A stretch of DNA of 64,000 bases from Azolla caroliniana (Eukaryota; Plantae; Polypodiophyta), in the NCBI GenBank assembly GCA_043228905.1, contig JBHGNT010000058.1, forward strand, positions 1 to 64,000, given 5' to 3'. The translations under genes and the position numbers were made by a program. Shown in pieces: positions 13,401-25,200 of the stretch (position 1 is the first letter of the stretch; each line of letters starts with the position of its first letter). Below the pieces are notes generated by a model, which made no database searches, was not told the DNA's origin, and saw nothing but the letters and a program-made list of their open reading frames with translations.

Positions 13401-13731
13401 TAATTGACGTTCCGAACGCCGTTCGAAAAGGCGGTTGTCACATCGGACCACTCGACTGATTGCCTCTGTAATAGACTTTGGTTCTTCGGGGAAGGTTAGA
13501 AGTAGATCTTTGACATCATTTCGCAGACCATAGCGAAACTGCTCCATTAGTGCTTGATCATCCCAGGGTATGTCGGAAGCGAGTAGGCGGAAATCCGCCG
13601 CGTAGGCCGAGGCTGGACGATCGCCTTGATGCAATCGCCGGATCTTGTTGATCGTCGTCCTGATGTTGTCGGTGTCTCCAAAGCAGGCTTTGAAGTCACT
13701 AATAAAATCTTCAAAGTTATTAAGCAAGGGC
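10192..13731 (-). repeat. Three tandem copies of a 1179 bp gag-PR-RT segment
   Basis: Junction GGC at 10192, 11371, 12550 and 13729 (period 1179); the ORF track repeats with the same period. Confidence 0.97.
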
Positions 13732-14156
13732 GATTGTTTTTTTAGAAGCGGAGTGAACCATGCTAAGGCTGAGCCACTAAGCAACGTGCCTATTAAGCCG
13801 ACTCGAGATGCATCAGTGGGATATTGGGAAGGATGCATTTGGAGGACTAATCGTACCTGATTAAGGAATCCCCTGAATTTCGATCGCGTTCCATCAAATT
13901 TCACAAGAACTCCAATCTTCGGCTCTTTATGAAATCCTTGGGGACTTGATCCTTGTTGTTGCAATACCGCTTCGAGTTGTTGCACCCGTAACGCTAACTC
14001 CCCATGTTGTTGCTGCGTTTGTTGCTTTTCTAGAGCGATTTGTTGCAGATCCCCTATCAGCCGTTGGTTTTCTTGTTCTAGGGCAACAAACTTTTCTTTT
14101 CGGCACCGTAACTCGGAGAAAACGGATTGATATTCTTGGGCGCTAACAGTAGCCAT
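13167..14156 (-). pseudogene. gag of element 1 (PEG10/Tcn1-like capsid); zinc knuckle deleted
   Basis: ORF 13167-14228 with likely ATG at 14156 (MATVSAQ...). Motifs FDGTRSKFRGFLNQ, LLSGSALAW, LHQGDRPASAYAADFR, PMEID. It breaks at RRRANRLCLY, where the CCHC knuckle should continue. Confidence 0.85.
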
Positions 14157-14217
14157 AGTAGAGGGAAAAGGGTATGAGGATGAGGGAGAACGACAAGTAG
14201 GCTGGAGGAAAGAAAAA

Positions 14218-14228
14218 AATTGGTTCAA
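14218..14228 (-). other. Putative self-priming PBS (not tRNA-complementary)
   Basis: Minus strand TTGAACCAATT, 2 nt downstream of the 5' LTR. It is complementary to AATTGGTTCAA in the LTR (14427-14437), 34 nt downstream of the TATA box. No TGG-starting tRNA PBS is present. Confidence 0.7.
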
Positions 14229-14230
14229 AC

Positions 14231-14654
14231 TATCAAGAAGAGTACTAAAGCAGAGATGGAATTAGTACTAAGAAGAACAGTACTATTAGTACTAAGAGGA
14301 CGGGACTGCGTAAGATTCCTGAGAAAGAGGAAGTGAGAAGAGGAGAGACAGAGATAGGATGATGACATCAGCTCTTATATTATATGAAAGATAAGTACAA
14401 ATCGGCTAAGAGGCTTAAGACTGGTGTTGAACCAATTTGGTTCAAAACAATGCCTTGTGCCTCCTTTTATAGTGTTTTTAGGAATAATCCTGAAGCTTCT
14501 AGAATGTTCCAGAGAGATCTGGAATATACATCAATTTTCTATGATAAAGAATAAATAAAAATAATACCCTACAAATTACAATTCATAGTCTAATGGTAAG
14601 AGCTCGACCCATGTAGCATAAGGTCATGGGTTCGAGTCTTGCCATATCATGACA
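14231..14654 (-). repeat. 5' LTR of element 1
   Basis: Direct repeat of 7180-7603; minus-strand TATAAAA at 14465-14471; followed by TSD CTAGT. Confidence 0.93.
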
Positions 14655-14898
14655 CTAGTTGGTTCAGATACTTGTTTTTTACACGAGACTCCCGGGTACA
14701 ACAATTGGCATGGGAAAAACTAAATACATCATATATCATGAGTTAATATCTCATCGATAAAAACCCTTGAAATTATTAAATCTTAAAAACGAGAGTGTGT
14801 TAGAATAATCCTCAGTTTCTTGTTAATACTTGCGCAATCTATAAATATTATTTATTACTAATCAATGATTGCAATATTAAAAAGTACACTAGATATGA

Positions 14899-14971
14899 TC
14901 CATTGTAGTCTAGTTGGTTAGGATACTTGGCTTTCACCCGAGAGACCCGGGTTTAACTCCCGGCAATGGAA
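14899..14971 (+). tRNA. tRNA-Glu(TTC)-like copy, probably pseudogene (duplicate at 32381-32453)
   Basis: Full 73 nt with acceptor stem TCCATTG/CAATGGA intact and anticodon loop CTTTCAC, but the T-loop reads TTTAA (C56->T). Confidence 0.55.
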
Positions 14972-16626
14972 ACGACAATATCATATATAAAATTTCCGAC
15001 GTATATCATGTGTTAATTGTTTGATAACTTCCGGGTACAACAATAGGCATTGGAAAAACTAGAGACATCATAGATCATGAGGTAATGTCGCATCGATAAA
15101 AACTTTTCAAATTATTAAATCTTAAAAATGACAGTGTGTTAGAATAATCCTGAGTTTCTCGTTGATGCTTGCCCAATATATCAATATCACTTATTACTAA
15201 TCTATGATTGGAATATATCTATACACAAGATAGGATCCATTGTAGTCTAGTTGGTTAAGATACTCGGCTTTCACCTGAGAGACCCGTGTTCAACTCCCAG
15301 CAATGGAAACGACAATATCATATTATAAATTTCCAACGCATATCATGTGTTCACTGTTTGATAACTCAAAAACTCAAGACCTAAAATGTAAAATTAACAA
15401 AATAATCAATATTATGTTTGAAGGATTGATGACAAATTTAGTTTGGTTTTTATACATTTCGATAACTTGATAGAATTTCCAAACATACGCATAGATTGTA
15501 GAATAATGCTGAACTCTCGATCAACATTGCACCATAGTTCTTTATTTGAAGAAAAGGACTAGAATATTACATTAACTAATTCATTTACTAAATTAATTCC
15601 ATTGTAGTCTAGTTGGTTCGGATCCTTGTTTTTTACACGAGATTGCCGGGTACAACATTATGTTGTTCAGGAAAACAAGAAGCGGCAGATTTGGTTGTGG
15701 TTATTCTTGAACATCGATAGTTTCGATCACTTGATACAATTTCAAACGATACGCATAGATTGGAGAATAATGGTTAATTGTCGATGACTATTGCACTATG
15801 TTTCTTTATTTGTAAGAAAGGACTAGAATGGTACATTAACTAATTCATTAACAAAGGACTAGAATGGTACATTGTAATCAAGTTGCCTTGGATGCTTACT
15901 TTTTACCTGGGACGCCCGACTACAAGTAGATATATCATATATCATGAGTTAATGTGGCATCGATAAAAATCCTTGAAATTATTAAATCCTAAAAACAATA
16001 GTGTGTTAGAATAATCCTTAGTTTTTCATTGATGCTTGCGCAATATATAAATATTATTTATTTCTAATCAATTATAGCAATATTGAAAAGCATAGAAGAT
16101 GTGATCCATTGTAGTCTAGTTGGTTAGGATGATCGCATCTCACCCGAGAGACCCGTGTTCAACTCCCGGTAATGGAAAAGACAATACCATATATCAAATT
16201 GTGCGACGCATGTCATGTGTGTATTGTTTGATAACTTAAAAACTCAAGCCCTAAAGTAGTTCATACAATAATGTACAATTAACAAAATAATTAATATTAT
16301 GTTTGAAGGATTGACAAAGAACTTTACTTTAATTTCTAAACTTAATCCCATTATTGGATTAATGGTAGAGGTTTCGAATGAAATTGGACCAAACATTATG
16401 TTGTTCGGGAGAACAAGAAACAGTATATTTAGTTGTGGTTATTCATGAACATTGTTACGATAAATTAGTACACCAACAATTATAGTTTGTATAACTTGAT
16501 ACAATTTTAAGCAATACGCATAGATTGCAAAATAATGGTCAACTGTCGACAAGCATTGCAGCATGTTTCTTTTTTTGTAGCAAAGCACTAGAATAGTATA
16601 TTAACTAATTAATTTACTTAATGAAT

Positions 16627-16699
16627 TCCATTGTAGTCTAGTTGGTTCGGATCCTTGTTTTTTACACGAGACTCCCGGGTACAACAATAGGCATTGGGA
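16627..16699 (+). pseudogene. Example of the second, decayed tRNA-Glu relic in each monomer
   Basis: TCCATTGTAGTCTAGTTGGTTCGGATCCTTGTTTTTTACACGAGACTCCCGGGTACAACAATAGGCATTGGGA aligns essentially ungapped to the 73 nt tRNA-Glu; first 21 nt identical. Confidence 0.8.
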
Positions 16700-17695
16700 A
16701 AACTAGATACATCATAGATCATGAGGTAATGTGACATTGACAAAAACCCTTGAAATTATTAAATCTTAAAAACGAGAGTGGGTTATAATAATCTTCAGTT
16801 TCTCGTTCATGGTTGTGCAATAAATAAATATTATTTATTACCAATCAATGATTTATCACTAATCAATAATTGCAATATTAAAAAGTGTACCAGATGTTAT
16901 CCATGGAAGTCTAGTTGGTTAGAATACTCGGCTCTCACACAAGAGACACGGGTTTAACTACCGGCAATGAAAACGACAATATCATATATTAAATTTCCGA
17001 GGCATATATTGTGTTAACTGTTTGATAACTCAAATAATCAAGACCTCAAGTAGATGTTACAATAATGTACAATTAACTAAATAATCAATATTATGTTTGA
17101 AGGATTGATGACGAACATTGCTTTCCTTTTTTTCTCCTAACATCAATTTCTAAACTTAATCCCATTATTCAATCTAATAGTAGAGGTTTCAAATGAAATT
17201 TGACAAAATATTATTATGTTCGGGATAAGAAGAACCAATATATTTAGTCGTGGTTATTTCTCAACATTATTACGACAAACTAGTACACCAAGAATTATAA
17301 TTTGGATAGCTTGATACAATTTCTAAAAATATGCATAGATTGTCGAATAATGGTGAATTCTCGCTGACATGGCACCATGTTTCTTTATTTGAAGTAAAGC
17401 ACTAGAATATTACATTAACTAATGCATTTACTAAATGAATTCCATTGTAGTCTAGTTGGTTTGGATCATTGTGTTTTACACAAGACTCCCGAGTACAGCA
17501 ATTGGCATGAGAAAAACTAGATACATCATAGATCATGAGTTAATATCGCATCGATTAAAACCCTTGAAATTATTAAATCTTAAAAAAAAGAGTGTGTTCG
17601 AATAATCCTCAGTTTCTCGTTGATGCTTGCGCAATATATAAATTATATTTATTACTAATCAATGATTGCAATATTAAAAAGTACAGAAGATATGA

Positions 17696-17768
17696 TCCAT
17701 TGTAGTCTAGTTGGTTAGGATACTCGGCTTTCACCTGAGAGACCCGTGTTCAAGTCCCGGCAATGGAA
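17696..17768 (+). tRNA. Near-intact tRNA-Glu(TTC) copy (duplicate at 35178-35250)
   Basis: TCCATTGTAGTCTAGTTGGTTAGGATACTCGGCTTTCACCTGAGAGACCCGTGTTCAAGTCCCGGCAATGGAA: intact acceptor stem, A box and GTTCAAGTC B box; one T-stem mismatch. Confidence 0.6.
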
Positions 17769-19140
17769 ACGACAATATCATATATTAAATTTCTGACGCA
17801 TATGATGTTTTAATTGTTTGATAACTCAAAAACTCAAGATTATGTTTGAAGGATTGATGATGAACTTTCCTCGATCAAGATTCCAAAAATACGCATTGAT
17901 TGTCAAATAATGGTGACTTCTCGATTATCATTGCACCATGTTTGTTTATTTGAACGAAAGCACTTGAATATTACATTAACCAATTCATTTACTAAATGAA
18001 TTCCATTGTAGTCTAGTTCGTTCAGATCCTTGTTTTTTACACAAGACTCCCGGGTACAACAATAGGCATTGGAAAAACTAGATACATTATAGATGATGAG
18101 GTAATGTCACATCGATAAAAACCGTTGAAATTATTAAATATTAAAAACGAGAATGTGGTTACGACAAATTAGTACACCGACAATTATAGTTTGGATAACT
18201 TGATAGAATTTCCAAAAATATGCATAGATTGTAGAATAATGGTGAACTCTCGATCCACATTGCACCATATTTCTTTATTTGAAGCAAAGCACTAGAATAT
18301 TACATTAACTAATTCATTTACTAAATAAATTCCATTGTTTCCTAGTTGGTTCGGATCCTCATTTTTTTACGCATAGATTGCAGAATTATGGTCAACTATC
18401 GAGAGACCCGGGTTCAACTCCCACCAATAGAAAAGACAATATCATATATCATATTTTGTGACGCATGTCATGTGTTAAGTGTTCGATAACTGAAAAATTG
18501 AAGACCTAAAGTAGTTGTTACAATAATGTACAATTAATAAAATAATCAATATTATGTTTGAAGGATTGATAAAGAACTATAGTTTGTTTTTTTTCTCCTA
18601 ACATTAATTTCTAAACATAATCCCATTATTCAATTAAAAGGAGAGGTGTCAAATGAAATTTGACATAACATTATGTATTTCGGAACAAGAAAAAGCAATA
18701 TATTTAGTCGTGGTTATTCCTCAACATCGTTACGACAATTATAGTTTGGGTAGCTTGATACAATTTCCAAAAATACACATAGATTGTAGAATTATAGTGA
18801 ACTCTCGATGATCATTGCACCATGTTTCTTTATTTGAAGGAAGGCACTAGAATATTACATTAACTAATTCATTTACTCAATGAATTCCATTGTAGTCTAG
18901 TTGGATCAAATCCTTGTATTTTACACGAGACTCCCGGGTACATCAATAGGCATTGGGAAAACTATATACATCATAGATCATGATATATTGTGGCATTGAT
19001 AAAAACCCTTGAAATTATTAAATCTTAACAACGAGAGTGTGTTAGAATAATCCTCTGTTTCTCATTGATGCTTGTGAAATATATAAATATTATGTATTAT
19101 TACTCAATGACTGCAATATTAAAAAGTGCAAAAGATGTGA

Positions 19141-19213
19141 TCCATCATAGTCTAGTTGTTTAGGATACTCGGCTCTCACCCGAGAGACCTGGGTTCAACT
19201 TCCGGCAATGAAA
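19141..19213 (+). pseudogene. tRNA-Glu(CTC) pseudogene (duplicate at 36623-36695)
   Basis: Anticodon arm CTCGG-CTCTCAC-CCGAG is perfect; acceptor stem and D-loop GG are mutated. Confidence 0.75.
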
Positions 19214-22200
19214 ACGACAATATCATATATTAAATTTCCCACGCATATCATGTGCTAACTATTGGATAATTTAGAAACTCAAGATCAAGATCTAAAGTAG
19301 TTGTTACAATAATGTACAATTAACAAAATAAACAATATTATGTCTGAAGGATTGATGAGTAACTTTACCTTGATTTTTTTCTCGTAACATCAATTTCTAA
19401 AGTTAATCAAATTATTCAATTAATGGTAGAGGTTTCAAATGAAATTGGACAAAACATTATGTTTTTGAGGATAACAAGAAGCAGTAGATTTAGGTGGGGT
19501 TACTACACCAATAATTATAGATTGGATAACTCGATACAATATAAAACAATACGCAGAATAATGGTCAACTGTCGACAAGCATTCCACATGTTTCTTTATT
19601 TGTAGCAAAGCACTAGAATAGTACATTAACTAATTCATTTGATAAATGAATTCCATTGTAATCAAGTTGCCTCGGATGCTTGCTTTTTACCCGAGACGCA
19701 CGACTATAAGTAGATATATCATATATTATGAATTAATGTGGCATCGATAAAAACCCTTGAAATTATTAAATCTTAAAACCGAGAGTGTGTTAGAAAAATA
19801 TTATATTATTGCAAAATATTTATATTATTTTTTTCTAATCAATGATTGCAATAATAGAAAGCAGAGAAGATGTAATCCATTGTAGTCTAGTTGGTTAGAA
19901 TACTCCGCTCCTACCCAAGAGAACCGGGTTAAACTCCCATCAATGGATACATCATAGCTCATGAGTTAATTTGGCATCGATAGAAATCCGTAAAATTATT
20001 AAATCTTAAAAACGAGACTGTGTTAGAATAATCCTGTGTTTGTCGTAGATCCTTGCACAATATATAAATATTATTTATTTTTTTCTTCTAACATGAATTT
20101 CTAAACTTAGTCCCATTATTCAATTAATGGTACACCTTTCAAATGAAATTTGAGAAAACATTATGTTGTTCGATATGACAAGAAGAAGTATATTTAGTTC
20201 TGGTTATTCCACAACTTTTTTACAACAAATTATTTCTTTATTTCTAACAAAGGACTAAAAGTAAATATTTCCTATATCATGAGTTAATATGGCATTGATA
20301 AAAACCCTTGAAATTATTAAATCTTAAAAACGACAGTGTGTTAGAATAATCATTAGTTTTTCGTTGATACCTGCGAAATATATTATTAATTTCTAATCAA
20401 TGATAAAAAGATTAAAAAGCACACAAGATCTGATCTACGATAGTCTAGTTGGTTAGGATACTCGGCCTTCACCTGAGAGACCCAGGTTCAACTCCCGGCA
20501 ATGGAAACGATAATATCATATATTAAATTTCTGATGCATATCAGGTGTTAACTCTTTGATAACTCAGAAACTGAAGTCCTAAAGTAGGTGTTACAATAAT
20601 GTACAATTAACAAAATAATCAATTTTATGTTTCAACGATTCATGACGAACTTTACTTTGATTTTCTTCTCCGAACATCAATTTCTAAACTTCATTCCATT
20701 ATTCGATTTATGGTAGAGATTTCAAAAGAAATTGGACAAAATATTATGTTGTTCGGGACAACAAGAAGAAGAAAATATTATGTGGTTACTCCTCAACATT
20801 ATTACGATAAATTAGTACACCAACAATTATAGTTTAGATAACTTGATTCAATTTCAAACAATATGCATAGATTGCAGAATAATGTTCAACTGTCGACAAG
20901 CATGATACCATTTTTCTTTATTTGTAGCATAGCACTAGAATAGTACATTCACTAACTCATTTACTAAATGAATTCCATTGTAATCAAGTTGCCTCGAATC
21001 GTTAATTTTTACCCGAGACGCGTGGGTACAAGTACATGCATAGGAAAAACTAGACACATCATAGCTCATGAGTTAGTTTGGCATCGATAAAAACCGATGA
21101 ACTTATTAAATCTTAAAATCGAGAGTGTGTTAGAATAATCCTCAGTTGCTCGTTGATGCTTGCGCAATATATAAATATTATTTATTACTAATCTAAATAA
21201 TGTACAATTAACAAAATAATCATTATTATGTTTGAAGGATTGATGACAAACTTTGCTTTCATTTTTTTCTCCTAACATCAGTTTCTCCTAAACTTAATCC
21301 CATTATTTAATTGCACCAAACATTATGTTTTTCGGGAAAACAAGAAGCAGTACATCCAGTTGTGGTTATTCCTAAACATTGTTACGATAAATTAGTAAAC
21401 CAACAAGTATAATTTTGATAATTTGATACAATTTCAAAAAATACTCCTAGATTGCAAAATACTGGTCAACTGCCGACAAGCATTGCACCATGTTTCTTTA
21501 TTTGTAGCAATGCACTAGAATAGTACATTAACTAATTCATTTACTCAATGAATTCCATTCTAATCAAGTTGCCTCGACTCATTCATTTTCATCCGAGATG
21601 CGCGGGTACATGCACAGGCATAGGAAAAACTAGATACATCATAGATCATTAGTTAATTTGGCATCGATAAAAACCCGTAAAATTATTAAATCTTAAAAAC
21701 CAGAGTGTGGTAGAATAATCCTCTGTTTCTTGTTGATGCTTCCGCAATATATAAATATTATTTATTACTAATCAATGATTGCAATATAAAAAAGTGCACA
21801 AGATGTGATCCATTGTAGTCTAGTTGGTTAGAATGCTTGGCTCTCACACGAGAGACCCAGGTTCAACTCCTGGGAATAGATTGCACCAACAATTATAGTT
21901 TGGATAACTTGATACAATTTCAAACAATACACGTAGATTGCAAAATAATGGTCAACTGTAGTAAAGCACTCGAATATTACATTAACTAATTCATTTATTA
22001 AATGAACTCCACTATAGTCTAGTTCGTTCATATACTTGTTTTTTACAGGAGACTCTCGGGTACAACAATTGGCATGGGAAAAACTAAATACATCATAGAT
22101 CATGAGTTTACACAAGACTCTCGGGTACAACATTATGTTGTTCGGGAAAACAAGAAGCGGTAGATTTGGTTGCGGTTATTCCTGAACATTGTTATGACAA

Positions 22201-25200
22201 ATTAGTATAGCAACAATTATACTTTGGATCACTTGATACAATTTCAAACAATACGCATAGATTGTAGAATAATGGTCAATTGTCGATGACTATTGCATTA
22301 TGTTTCTTTATTTGTAACAAAGGACTAGAGTGGTACATTAACTAATTCATTAACAAAGGACTAGAATGGTACATTGTAATCAAGTTGCCTCGGATCCTTA
22401 CTTTTTACCTGGGACGCCCGGCTACAAGTAGATATATCATATATCATGAGTTAATGTGGCATCGATAAAAACCGTTGCAATTGTTAAATCCTAAAAACGA
22501 TATTGTGTTAGAATAATCCTCAGTTTTTCATTGATGCTTGCACAATATATAAATATTATTTATTTCTAATCAATTATTGCAATATTAAAGAGCATACAAG
22601 CTGTGATACATTGTACTCTAGTTGGTTAGGATGCTCGGCTCTCACTCGAGAGACCCGTGTTGAACTCCCGGCAATGGAAAAGACAATATCATATATCAAA
22701 TTTTGCGACACATGTCATGTGTGTACTGTTTGATAACTCAAAAAGTCAACCCCTAAAGTAGTTCTTAAAATAATGTACAATTAACAAAATAATTAATATT
22801 ATGTTTGAAGGATTGACAAAGAAGTTTACTTTAATTTTTTTCTCCTAACATCAATTTCTAAACTTAATCCCATTATTCGATTAATGGTAGAGGTTTCGAA
22901 TGAAATTGGACCAAACATTATGTTGTTCGGGAAAACAAGAAGCAATATATTCAGTTGTGGTTATTCCTCAACATTGTTACGATAAATCAGTACACCAACA
23001 ATTATAGTTTTGATAACTTGATACAATTTCAAAAAATACTCATAGATTGCAAAATACTGGTCAATTGTCGACAAGCATTGCAGTATGTTTCTTTATTTGT
23101 AGCAAAGCACTAGAATAGTACATTAACTAATTCATTTACTCCATGAATTCCATTCTAATCAAGTTGCCTCGACTCGTTCATTTTTGCCCGAGATGCGCGG
23201 GTACAACCACATGCATAGGACAAACTAGATACATCATAGATCTTGAGTTAATTTGTCATCGATAAAAACCCGTCAAATTATTAAATCTTAAAAACGAGAG
23301 TGTGTTAGAATAATCTTCTGTTTCTTGTCGATGCTTGCGCAAAATATGAATATTCTTTATTACTAATCAATGATTGCAATATTAAAAAGTGCACAAGATG
23401 TGATCCATTGTAGTCTAGTTGGTTAGAATGCTTGGCTCTCACATGACAGACCCGGGTTCAACTCCTAGGAATAGATTGCACCAACAATTATAGCTTGGAT
23501 AACTTGATACAATTACAAACAATACGCATTGATAGCAGAATAATGGCCAACTGTAGTAAAGCACTCGAATATTACATTAACTAATTGATTTACTAAATGA
23601 ATTCCACTATAGTCTAGTTGGTTCAGATACTTGTTTTTTACACGAGACTCCCGGGTACAACAATTGGCATGGGAAAAACTAAATACATCATAGATCATGA
23701 GTTAATATATCATCGATAAAAACCCTTGAAATTATTAAATCTTAAAAACGAGAGTGTGTTAGAATAATCCTCAGTTTCTCGTTAATATTTGCGCAATATA
23801 TAAATATTACTTATTACTAATCAATGATTGCAATATTAAAAAGTACACTAGATATGATCCATTGTAGTCTAGTTGGTTAGGATACTTGGCTTTCACCCGA
23901 GAGACCGGGGTTTAACTACCGGAAATGGAAACGACAATATCATATATAAAATTTCCGACGTATATCATGTGTTAATTGTTTGATAACTTTCGGGTACAAA
24001 AATAGGCATTGGAAAAACTAGAGACATCATAGATCATGAGGTAATGTCGCATCGATAAAAACTTTTCAAATTATTAAATCTTAAAAATGACAGTGTGTTA
24101 GAATAATCCTGAGTTTCTCGTTGATGCTTGCCCAATATATCAATATCACTTGTTAGTAATCTATGATTGCAATATATCTATACATAAGATAGGATCCATT
24201 GTAGTCTAGTTGGTGAAGATACTCGGCTTTCTCTTGAGAGACCCGTGTTCAACTCCCGGCAATGGAAACGACAATATCATATTATAAATTTGCAACGCAT
24301 ATCATGTGTTTGAAGGATTGATGACAAATTGTTTGGTTTTTATAGTTTCGATAACTTGATAGAATTTCCAAAGATACGCATAGATTGTAGAATAATGTTT
24401 CACTCTTGATCAACATTGCACCATAGTTCTTTATTTGAAGAAAAGCACTAGACTATTACATTAACTAATTCATTTACTAAATTAATTCCATTGTAGTCTA
24501 GTTGGTTGGGATACTTGTTTTTTACACGAGATTGCCAGGTACAACATTATGTTGTTCAGGAAAACAAGAAGCGGTAGATTTGGTTGTGGTTATTCTTGAA
24601 CATCAATAGTTTCGATCGCTTGATACAATTTCAAACAATACGCATAGATTGGAGAATAATGGTCAATTGTCGATGACTATTGCACTATGTTTCTTTATTT
24701 GTAACAAAGGACTAGAATGGTACATTAAGTAATTCATTAACAAAGGACTAGAATGGTACATTATAATCAAGTTGCCTCGGATGCTTACTTTTTACCTGGG
24801 ACGCCCGACTACAAGTAGATATATCATATATCATGAGTTAATGTGGCATCGATAAAAATCCTTGAAATTATTAAATCCTAAAAACGATAGTGTGCTAGAA
24901 TAATCCTTAGTTTTTCATTGATGCTTGCGCAATATATAAATATTATTTATTTCTAATCAATTATAGCAATATTGAAAAGCATAGAAGATGTGATCCATTG
25001 TAGTCTAGTTGGTTAGGATGATCGCATCTCACCTGAGAGACCCGTGTTCAACTCCTGGTAATGGAAAAGACAATACCATACCTCAAATTTTGCGACGCAT
25101 GTCATGTGTGTATTGTTTGATAACTCAAAAACTCAAGCCCTAAAGTAGTTCATACAATAATGTGCAATTAACAAAATAATTAATATTATGTTCGAAGGAT

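Larger units (their letters stand above)
7180..14654 (-). mobile_element. Ty3/Gypsy chromovirus (Tcn1/Tf1-like), decayed full-length copy (element 1)
   Basis: 424 bp LTRs at 7180-7603 and 14231-14654; outer termini TG...CA; 5 bp TSD CTAGT at 7175-7179 and 14655-14659; PPT at 7604-7616; domain order gag-PR-RT-RH-IN-chromodomain, with stops, frameshifts and deletions. Confidence 0.95.

Noticed and set aside
13167-14228. PEG10/RTL1-like domesticated gag gene
   Set aside because: It lies between LTRs with a TSD and is truncated by a deletion; an ordinary retrotransposon gag.
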